DNA from: Eukaryota sp. TZLM1-RC
Lineage: Eukaryota; Protista; Metamonada: BaSk clade
Length of the DNA: 64,000 nt
Assembly: GCA_040285825.1 (NCBI GenBank)
Contig: JAUPSS010000002.1
Location: forward strand, 2,542,001 to 2,606,000
Direction of reading: 5' to 3'
Positions 25,185 to 34,993 of this stretch are shown here, in pieces. The translations under genes and the position numbers were made by a program. The notes below the pieces were generated by a model. It searched no databases, was not told the origin of the DNA, and was given only the letters and a program-made list of their open reading frames with translations. The first letter of the stretch is position 1, and each line of letters starts with the position of its first letter.

Positions 25185-25555
25185 AAAGTGCTCTTGAATT
25201 TAAAGCAAAAGAAAAACATAGAAAATATGACAAAAATATCGAACAAGCTAATGCTGATAGAAATAGACACCTTGTTTTTGTTGCTTTCCCATTTTCTATA
25301 AACGAAAGAAACTCAGTAGAAGCAAGAATTTGTTTGAATGATTTGCAAAAAATGGTTCAAGAAAAAACAATAAAAACATTTGATATTTTTTTATGGCGCT
25401 CTCGAATTCAATTTGCCATTATTAAAAGATTACCTCGGATTTTCAATCGAATAAGAGAAGCTTTAGCTACACAGCAAGCAAATCAAGATTTTGTAGAGGA
25501 AATCTTGGCTCAATGATTTTCGTCCCATTAGTAATGAATTAATTTTATTAGGTGG
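25185..25555 (+). mobile_element. CRE-like 3' fragment (family B)
   Basis: ALEFKAKEKHRKYD...FVEEILAQ. Confidence 0.8.
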
Positions 25556-25646
25556 GCTTGTCCACTAAATATTATTTTTTAATTGCTCTGACTTTTTTTC
25601 AGACAAATCTGATCTATATTTGTTTTGAAAAATTCCCACTATTTTT

Positions 25647-25751
25647 TTGTTAATTTTATTTATTGAATTTGCACACTTGATTAAATTAAATCATAACTAA
25701 TGGGACGACTATCATTAAACCAAGATTTCCTCTACAAAATCTTGATTTACT
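25647..25751 (-). mobile_element. Very short 5'-truncated CRE-like (family B) insertion with TSD
   Basis: Family B 3' terminus flanked by the direct repeat aaattcccactattttt (25630-25646 and 25752-25768). Confidence 0.8.
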
Positions 25752-25789
25752 AAATTCCCACTATTTTTCAATTTTGACATTTTTCAGCG

Positions 25790-25862
25790 TCTTCCGTGGC
25801 GAAGTTGGAATCGCGTCGGATTTCTAACCCGAAGGTCGTGGGTTCGACCCCCACCGGAAGAG
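25790..25862 (+). tRNA. tRNA-Arg(TCT)
   Basis: Identical 73-nt cloverleaf on the plus strand. Confidence 0.93.
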
Positions 25863-25928
25863 AGCATTTTCCCTCAACATTAGAATATTCTTTGAGTACA
25901 ATACAATTTTTGGTAATTTCTTGAGATA

Positions 25929-28536
25929 TTTGAGATAATGAGAAAAGTTCATCCTTCTGGAAATTTTTCGCTTGAAAACCCAAAAAATGTTTTCAAAAAA
26001 TTTTGGAATAAGAAGAATTGGAAAATCAAATGATATCCGAAAGTTGTGCTTTTGTGGTCGTTATGGAACTGCAAAACAGTCCTTGATTTCCTCTTCTTTG
26101 CTGATGCAAATTCTGAAACTCTTGAAAACTTCAACAGTTGCATCCTCAAGACAATTTCAAGTGAAACAAGCCTGGTGTTTGTCCTTTTTGGATTGAAAAT
26201 CCACTTTCTGCAATTGAAGTTTCCAAAACTATTCAAAAACGACCACAAGGAAAAGCTACATGCCCATCTGGAATTTCTTTTGATCTGTTGAAAATAGCGT
26301 GCTCCAGTGCTCCTGTAATTGCTGAAGATCTTGCGAATTATTTTCAACAATTCATTGTTTTGAAAATTGATCCTTCTTTTGAAATATTAGCTGCACGTGA
26401 TGCCGTAGGTTAAAAAAAGTGGGTTAGGATAAAGCGAATGAGGAAAAGTTGATTTATTTTCTAATCATAACATATAGGCCTTAGGGCGCCAACACACGTT
26501 TGATTGCTTTAGTAAAGCCAGGTAATGGAATTAAACCTGATGGAATACGCCCCATTGCCTTTGGTGAATCATTATATCGTTTGTTGGCATCGATTGTCTT
26601 TGATCTTGTCAAAGACAAAGCTTCACAATATTTAAATTCTCATCAATTGGGAATAAAAACAATTGATGGTGCTTCTGTTGCTGCTCTTGCCTCTGAAACT
26701 TTTTCCAAATCAGAGGATAAAAATTTTATTTTTAATCTCGACTTCAAAATGCTTTTCATTCTGTAAAACGAAACGCAATTTTTGAAATAATTAAATTTGA
26801 TTTTCCTGAGCTGTCAAGTTTTTTCTACCAATTTTATTTTTAAAAATATTTGCTTAGATGGGTGATAAATCCCTGATTTTTTCATCTGATTCACTAAAAT
26901 TAGTTGCTCAAGAAATTGCCGATTCATATGAAAATATTTGGCTTAATCTTAATCCGAGCAAATGCCTTCTTATTGGTTCTTCTGCTCAGGATCTTGTGAT
27001 AAACGATTCTGTTTTCCCTTTTACTAACTATAGCAGTGATGCTTTTAAGTTCCTTGGTTGTTGGTTAGGAACTGTGCCTCAAATTCAGAATGAATTAAAA
27101 GTAATTTTAAAAAAAATGAAAATTCAACTTGATTCAATTTCTTCTTTAGATTTAGAAAAACATATTAAATTTTTCATGCTTAAAATTTGCTTTACTGGGA
27201 GAATAACCGACATTTTGAGATCTTGTGCTCCTTCCATAGCATTAGATTTTTGTCGTTCCTTTAAGTCATTGAGAACAGAATGTTTTGCTGATTTATTGGA
27301 TGTAGAACCAGGAATGTTGAAAAATCACTTATTTTCTTCAGCAAATTTGGGTGGTATTGGATTTACTAAATCTTCTAATTTGTGTCAATCAGCTTTCTTG
27401 GGTGGTGGCAAGAATTTTATTTGTGAATTTTCTCGTAGATTTTCCGAAAATTCTCATTTGTTAGTTCTCCGTTGCAGTCCCTATTTGAATGAGTTGTCTT
27501 GTCAACTCGACAGATTGCCACCACAAATTTCGACCATTGTTTTCCCCAACCAATTCAGGAAATTCCAAACCGATCTCTTATTAATTTGCAGTTTTGCTGT
27601 AAAAAGCTTCAACAAAAATTGTCAAAGATTTTTGAAAGCTTGGTTTTTGACGTTAGACTTGGCTTGGCCAAGAAAAGGAATCCCGCTTTTGCAAATCTTT
27701 TACAAGATATGTGTGATAGTACATCTTCTGCCTTACTAACAACAATTCCTCAAGTTTATGGCACTCTCTTAACTGATTCTGCTTGGACTTTGAATATGAG
27801 ATTTCGTTCCTTTATCTGGCCTGATAATTTACCTCATAATTTAATTTGTAAATGTTCTCGAAAAATTACAATTACTCATTTGTTAAATTGTAAACATTTT
27901 ATTACTTTTAGAAGCAAGGTTCACGATGCTGTAAGAGACGAATTATATTGTATGTGTAAGTCTCATAGAATTGAATCCTTTTTGGAACCTCTGATGTCAA
28001 ATCTGTTTGATACTGAAGATGATTTTCATCAGAATAATTGAGGTGATGTAATATTACCTGGATTAGATGGAAGCTTCATTTTATTGGATGTAATGTCTGT
28101 TGATCCTTGTAATGCCTCAAATGAAAGGCTTGTTAATGCTGAAATTCATAATCCTGTTTCAAATGTTGAAAATTTCTGAATGAAAAAATACAATGAACCT
28201 TTGTCCAAATTGCCCAGTCAACAGCATGCAAGACACATTTTGTATTCATTTGTATTTTCTCTTTTTGGTTCACTTGCTCCCACGGCTATACGTTTTGTGG
28301 AAGATTTTGAAATGATTGTAAAAAGAAAAACTAACAGAAATTTCAACAGATTGTTTTGGCAATATAGAATTGCGTTCTCTATTTTTGAGAAGATGTTGAA
28401 GATGGTTTCTGATACTCTGCTTTCTCTTGGATCCACTATGAGGGAGTTGCATCTAATGTTTTTGTTTTGGGAGAGATGGATTATTTAGACGTTTGATTTA
28501 TTGGTTTTTAATAAAATTGATGCTACAAAAAAAACT
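25929..28536 (+). mobile_element. CRE-like non-LTR retrotransposon (family A), degenerate RT + restriction-like endonuclease
   Basis: RT motifs GIRPIAFGESLYRL, QLGI, NLDFK(NAF); CKC...HLLNC...HDAVRD Zn/RHD-like region; GDV...LLDV...KKY endonuclease; aataaa + A8 tail; 13-bp TSD atttcttgagata (25916-28 and 28537-49). Confidence 0.88.
26398..26494 (-). repeat. Solo LTR of the Gypsy family, inserted in the CRE-like RT
   Basis: Reverse complement tgttggcgccctaaggc...acctacggcatca (97 bp); TSD CACG at 26394-97 and 26495-98; removing it restores AARLIALVKP. Confidence 0.9.
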
Positions 28537-28549
28537 ATTTCTTGAGATA

Positions 28550-29589
28550 CAATATGTAACATGGAAGTACTTACTTCACAACGTGACTTAATGACATAAG
28601 CTCAAAACTAAATGGACGAAATCTATTGAACCAAAGTTTTCCTTGTAAAACTCCTGATCTAAATGTTTTCTCGCCATTGGTTCTCGTACTCGATGGAAAA
28701 ACAAACTATTATCCATTAGTTCAGGTGAATTCTATTCGAGAACACCATACAATTTCATCAATTCACTTCATATTTTTTTGTTAAATCAATTTTTGTTCAT
28801 GAAAAAATTTTATAATTCACCTTAGTCTTCAATTTATAATAAACTGAACTGCAATAAAACCGAGTTGTATGTATTTCTATCAGCATTGGCTTCAATAACT
28901 TTATCATGTTTTTCATGTCTTTCTTTTTCTTGGATTTCAAGAGCATCATCAGTAAAGTGTCATTTGCAGCACTACAGGAGTCAAAAATTAACCAATTCTG
29001 ATTTTTCGACTTAATTGAAGTAAATTTCTCCTCTATTATCAATATCAAAGTTATTCAATGACAGCGTCCTTTTTGAACAGAGGCTGTTCGATACACGAAA
29101 TTTATGCATTTTTTTCTTTTAATAAAAGTTGGACAATGGGAATATTTTAATATAATCTCATTTTCTTCAATTGCTTCAATATTAGCATATAGCCCAAGCC
29201 ATCACGGTACAACAGTGTTAGATATGGTGAATCTGATGACATATTCTCACATGGATCTTTATCAATTAACAATGAGTGAGGATCAGGATCTAATGCAGCC
29301 AAATTGTACATATTTTTAGGAAAATCGTTTTCATACAATGATCATTCGTTTTTTTACAGTTCGAAGAGTGTAGTGCTATCTTTTGAAACACTGCGAGAAA
29401 CATGGACTGTCCGCTTGAGCAATACAATTCGTGCATCATACATCAAGCAGTCAACTTATGTGACAAGATGCTACTGTACCTTCTTTGGGTATAAAGTTAA
29501 GTTGAGGAAAGAGCGATCGCGGATATTCTGCACATTTTTACGACAACATTGCGTCCAACATTGAAGAATGACTGTAAAAGTCTCATGAA
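28550..29589 (-). mobile_element. Old CRE-like relics (inverted copy of 21070-21910 plus 6400-6610)
   Basis: Reverse-complement similarity to both regions. Confidence 0.7.
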
Positions 29590-30619
29590 TGTTCTATTTA
29601 TTGAATTTGCACACTTAATTAAATTAACTCATAACTAATGGGACGACTATCATTGAACCAAGATTTCCTCTACAAAATCTTGATCTGCTTGCTGTCTAGC
29701 TAAAGCTTCTCTAATTCGATTGAAAAACCGCGGTAATCTATTAATAATGGCAAATTGAATCCGTGAACGCCATAAAAAAATATCAAATTTTTTCATTGTT
29801 TTTTCTTGCACCATTTTTTGGAAGTCATCCAAAAAAGTTTCTGCTTCATCTGATAATCTTCCATTTATCGAAAATGGGAAAGCAATAAAAACCAGCTGTG
29901 TATTTCTATCGACATTTGCCTCTTCAATATCTTTATCATATTTTCTATGTTTCTCTTTTGCTTTAAAATCCAGAGCAGCCACAGGATTAAGTTTTCTTCT
30001 GTGAACCAAAGTATCATTTGCAACATTACATGAGACAAAGTCAACAATAGTTTCAGAATTATCAATCCAATCACAGTATACATCACCTCTATCATCAGAA
30101 CCAAAATTATTCAGAGAAAGTGTTTCCTTCAGCAGGGGCTCTTTGATACACGATATCCTTGCAGTTTGTGCCGTATTGAAAACAGTGTCTCTAACAGCAT
30201 CATGTAATGAAGAACGATAAGTTATCAATTTAGAGGAATTCAGAGCATGGCGCAAAGTGAGTTGAGGTGAATTCGAACAAATACATTTTTCTTTTGATAA
30301 TAATTGGTTAATGGGGATGTTCAAATATAATCTCATTTTTGTTACAAATGCTTCATTAGTGGCACACAATCCAAATCTTCGTGGTACAATGGTTACAAAA
30401 AGTGAAGAATCTGATGACTTGTTTTCACAAACACCCTTTTCCAATAACAATGAGTGAAGATCTTGATTTAAAACAGCCGAGCTGCATATATTATTATAAA
30501 GATCTTTTTCATACATTCCAGTCAATCGTTTCTGTAATGTTCGAAGAGTGTACTTCAAATTTAAAACATTTGTTTCTGGAATATTACCATTGAATGATTG
30601 GGGAAAACATCGACCCCTC
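29590..30619 (-). mobile_element. 5'-truncated CRE-like element (family B) with open endonuclease frame
   Basis: CICSNSPQLTLRHALN...LHDAVRD...KEP...RGDVYCDW...VDFV...KHRKY; flanked by agtctcatgaa at 29579-89 and 30620-30. Confidence 0.85.
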
Positions 30620-30680
30620 AGTCTCATGAAACAATTCCCAGAAATTTTTTTGATTGTGATTTCTTTGATTCTCTCTCTCG

Positions 30681-31370
30681 ATGCATCAGCCTCAGTCTTC
30701 CTCAAACACCGGTGGTATGCGATTGTAATTGTAGTTTACCTCAGACCTTTCCAAGCTCGGTAGTGCCAAGCTCCTTGGTGGATTTGGTGCGATCTTCCTT
30801 CTTCTCAGTTTACTCTTAATGATCGTTCCAGTTGTTGGAGCCGTTTTCAAGTTCATTGCTTTGGTTTTGTTCTTTTTTGCTGCATTGTCTGCATCCGGTG
30901 CCTTCAATGATAGTGGATTGGTAGTTAAAATGGCCATTGTTGTTGCAACCGATATTATTATTGTCTTGCTCATCGTTGTATTTGCCGCCAGTCTTTTTGA
31001 TGCTATGAAATCGTTTGATATTGGCACTATCCAAGATAGCATGAAGGGAATCATGGGAACCATTGTCCTTTGGGTGATCCTCGCTATCGTCGATGCCATC
31101 CTTCTTACCATTTTCTTCAACCGTTTGGGATCTATGACTAATGTCAGTTCTCTCAAAACTGGTGGAACTCTCTACATCATTGGGTTCTGTCTCCGTATCA
31201 TCGTTGTTGGTTTCATTTTGGAATTGGTTGCTTATATTTTCCTCATTGTTGGATTCTTCAATATTTCCCCTGATAATGTCAAGCAGCCTCAGCAAGTTGT
31301 TATGGCTGTCCCTGGACAACAGGTTGTGTACCAAAACACTGCTCCTGCTATGCATGCAACTACTGTTTAG
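30681..31370 (+). CDS. DUF996-like multi-pass membrane protein, copy 2 (30-nt intron 30715-30744)
   Basis: Same protein as the 5655-6344 copy; splicing GTATG...TCAG restores the N-terminus in frame. Confidence 0.7.
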
Positions 31371-31548
31371 GTTTTTGGTTTTTGGTTTGTACTAATAAAA
31401 ATGATTTTCTGACTATTTTGACCAATTTCAATCAACAATTTTGAGTTTGGAAAAGCCGTTGTTTTAATAAGTCATTAAGTCTATTTTATTTGAATGTTAA
31501 AGAGGGTATCGGTATACTACAGTTTGTCTCCACTTCCACACAGAGTAC

Positions 31549-32361
31549 ATGTTCCCAAAACTAACACGTCCCAGGTCGAACAGTGATATTATTCTGAACA
31601 GGTTATATAAGGACAAACTGGATGTTTCTGTATCTCCTGAATCTGATGAACACTTTCTCGAACAGATATTTAGTGAGTTTCGTACACATAGTTTTCGAAA
31701 ACTTTTAGACTTGTATGCCAACAATCAATACTTTGTGACTTTCGAGCTTCTGGTTCAAAATAGTTCAAATCTAGAACAAATATTTGTAGAGTTTTTGAGA
31801 ATGGTCACACAGACGGCCAACTTTGAGAAATATTTGATCTTGCTTCCAGTGTTTATCAGGTTCTCAAAAAGGTTGCATCCACTGTTGAATTGTTCATTTA
31901 GTCATTTGGCAGACTGTTTATATTCAAACACAGATGAGTTATCGCTTCAAGATGTTAATGGTCTTGTTGATAGTCTTCCTTTTAGCTGCATTGACAACTT
32001 ACGCCTCTTTATGAGACTATTCTCTCTCAAAGTTGAATTCAATGATTCACCAGATGGAAATTTACGTTTCTGTCAATTAAGCTACAAAATTAGAAATGGT
32101 CAGTTGACGGTGAGGGATTACTCCAGTGGAACTTCCCGTGATAAGTTCTATCAACGTAGAGCTTTAGTGTTACTGGCTCGTTTCATCAAACTACATGGTA
32201 TTGTGATTGATTATGTAGAATTGCACTCAATTCACCCAATTTCTTCTATTCAAAAAATTGGTTTCAAAACTTTACTTACTACTATGGTTCGCTGTAGGGA
32301 TTCTATAGTTAAGTTTATATTATTAGATTCAACAGTGTTGGAAAAGGTCTGGACTGTTTGA
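31549..32361 (+). CDS. Hypothetical protein
   Basis: 270-aa ATG-initiated ORF; no motif recognised. Confidence 0.5.
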   Translation: MFPKLTRPRSNSDIILNRLYKDKLDVSVSPESDEHFLEQIFSEFRTHSFRKLLDLYANNQYFVTFELLVQNSSNLEQIFVEFLRMVTQTANFEKYLILLPVFIRFSKRLHPLLNCSFSHLADCLYSNTDELSLQDVNGLVDSLPFSCIDNLRLFMRLFSLKVEFNDSPDGNLRFCQLSYKIRNGQLTVRDYSSGTSRDKFYQRRALVLLARFIKLHGIVIDYVELHSIHPISSIQKIGFKTLLTTMVRCRDSIVKFILLDSTVLEKVWTV

Positions 32362-32723
32362 TTACAGAGTTGTAAATAGTTGCTTTAAAATTGAATTAAT
32401 GTCCTTTTATATATTATCTAATTATTGGATTTTTTATTTATTTTTAATCTTATCTTTAGCATTGCGATACTAATTCTACTCTAAATATTCTTGAGTTGGC
32501 TGAATACATTCTGGCTGGAAGAGAGAGTTCAGATGTGTTTAAGAGACAATAGTCTCGAACCAACGTTATGGAACTCACTGGTGAAAGCCGGAAAGATGTT
32601 GAAGGTGATGCTGTACCAATGAGTCCAATTCAACATCCTTTTGACAAACAAAAGCGAAGTTTTGAAGTCACTTCTATCAACTTCCCATACTTACCTTAAT
32701 TTACATCAGTGTGCTATAAGTCG

Positions 32724-34713
32724 ATGCCTCCTCCAAGTCGTATCGAAGTCAAATCAGCAGCTGCTTTCTTCTCGTATCTTTTACTTCTTCGTCTCTCAAC
32801 ATAGGGAGAACAAAAACATTGCCGGTTTTGATAATGCTGGAAAGTCCTTGTACACTACTATCAGGGAGTTTGTGGAAAACTCTCTCGATGCTGCCGAAGC
32901 TGTACCTGCCCTTCCTGAAATCGACCTCACCATTGAAGAAATTCCCCTTACTGAGTTTAATGATCTCATTGGTGTCAGTAACACTCGCAGACGTAAGAAC
33001 GAAGACATTTACGTTGAACAAAGCGAAGACCCAGTGGAAGATTCCAAACCAAAACGAGGTAGGAAGAAAACACAATCCGCCTACTTCCGCATCACTTGTT
33101 CTGACAATGGTACTGGTCTTGATCATGATGACGTTCCCAATGCCTTTGGTAGAGTTCTTGCCGGCACCAAGTATGGTGTTCGCCAGACAAGAGGTAAGTT
33201 TGGTCTAGGAGCCAAAATGGCCCTCATCTGGTCTAAAATGAGCACAGGTCTACCCATCACTATTGAAACTGCTAAACAAGGTCGAGATATTACCCGCTGT
33301 GTTTTAGATATTGATATTAAGAAGAACCAGCCGAATGTCCAAGAGCACGTCCGTAAAAGCAATCTTACTGGGTGGAGAGGTACCAAGATTTCTGTAGTTA
33401 TTGAAGGTGCATGGGTTCAATATCGAGCAAGGGTAGTTAATTATATGAGACAACTTGCCATTATTACTCCTCATGCACAATTTTCGCTTCAGTACGTCCC
33501 TGGTTCTGCGGGTTCTTCTGCCTTTTCTGCCAAATTTAAACGCAGATCTGATGTTATTCCGCCTCCCCCTGGTATTGTTCAACATCACCCCCGTAGTGTC
33601 AATTTGGTTCTAGTGAAGCAGTTAATTCAAGATTCCAAAAATAAAACGCTTGGGAAGTTTTTGCAAAACGATTTCCAATGTGTCAATACCGTCCTTTCAG
33701 GTCAAATATGTGCAGAATTGGGACATCCAAAGACTACCAAACTTGGAGATCTTTCAGATGCGGATATTGCTTCACTAGTGAAGTTGTTTGGGGAAATCAA
33801 ATTTCCAGATCCTTTGGGTAATTGTCTTTCTCCCGCGGGAGAATATAATCTACGACTTGGTATTATGAAAGAACTTAATCCACAGTTTGTTGCTACCTAT
33901 CAACATGCAGTTTCTGTGTTTGAAGGTCATCCGTTCATCGTGGAGGCTGGAGTCTCCATTGGAGGACAAAATACTCCACAAGGAATCAATATTTACAGAT
34001 TTGCCAATAGAATTCCTTTACTGTTTGAACAAGGAAACGATGTTGTGACTTTAACTGCGAAAAGGGATATTAAGTGGGGTAATTATAAAATCAAACACAC
34101 GCAAGATAAAGTTGGAGTCTTTGTTTCTATCGTGTCTACTAGAATTCCTTTCAAAGGAACAGGAAAAGAATATATTGGTGATGATTGTTCAGAAATTAAG
34201 GAAGCGGTCAAACATGCAATAACCCAATGCTGTTCTCAATTGAAAGTTAAACTAGTCGCTCAACAGACGCTAAAGGCGAGGGGTGAACGAAAGAAGAACC
34301 TTGTCAAGTTTGTACCCGATGTGTCTAGGGCTATTCATGATGTTTTGTCTGATATTCAGGATTCATCAATGCTTAAAGAAAAAGATCTATTGTTATTGGA
34401 TAAGGTCAAAAAAGGGAGTGTGTCTGAACGTACACTTGCCAAACAGTTAGAACTTTACGTGGAAAAGACAGACGCTGAACAAGCTTTAGATTATGCTGCT
34501 GAACAAGGTCGTGTTGGAGCCAAATTAGTGGATTTTTTCTTGGTTTCAGTAGGTAAAAAAATGGAAGATTTCTCTCTTCTGGGGAATCCAAAGCTTGTAT
34601 TTGGTGTTTCTAATAACGTTATAACAGTTGGTGATAGAAAGCAGCGAAGTTCTGGAGGTAGTGAAACAAAGAAGACTCATGTGGATGATTCTGAATGGGA
34701 GTTTTCTGAATGA
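32724..34713 (+). CDS. TOP6B: DNA topoisomerase VI subunit B (31-nt intron 32774-32804)
   Basis: Spliced start MPPPSRIEVKSAAAFFS|ENKNIAGFDN...LYTTIREFVENSLDA; GHKL motifs DNGTG and RGKFGLG; transducer RFANRIPLL and STRIPFKGTGKE. Confidence 0.93.
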
Positions 34714-34993
34714 TTGTAATAAAATAAGTTTAATTTGATCTTTGTTATTATGGTGATTTATTTCTCTTGAACATAGTTTATAGTATATAAACGAAACTAA
34801 ATATCAGATTTCAAAGTTTATAACCTAATGTCTAAATTAGACAAAATGATTTATCTGGAATAAAATAAATATATGATTTCTATAGAAATATCAAATTTAA
34901 GTAAAATATGGTTTCATAAGGAAATACAAGAGAAGAAAATTACCATCAAATAATGAAAGGAGAAATACATCATTCAAAGTTACAATAACCAAA

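Noticed and set aside
21970-25862. tRNA read as a CTA amber suppressor
   Set aside because: Stem geometry centres TCT in the 7-nt loop, and Arg determinants A20/C35 are present.
24787-25983. Short ORFs overlapping tRNA genes (24787-25018, 25768-25983)
   Set aside because: Spurious translations of tRNA sequence.
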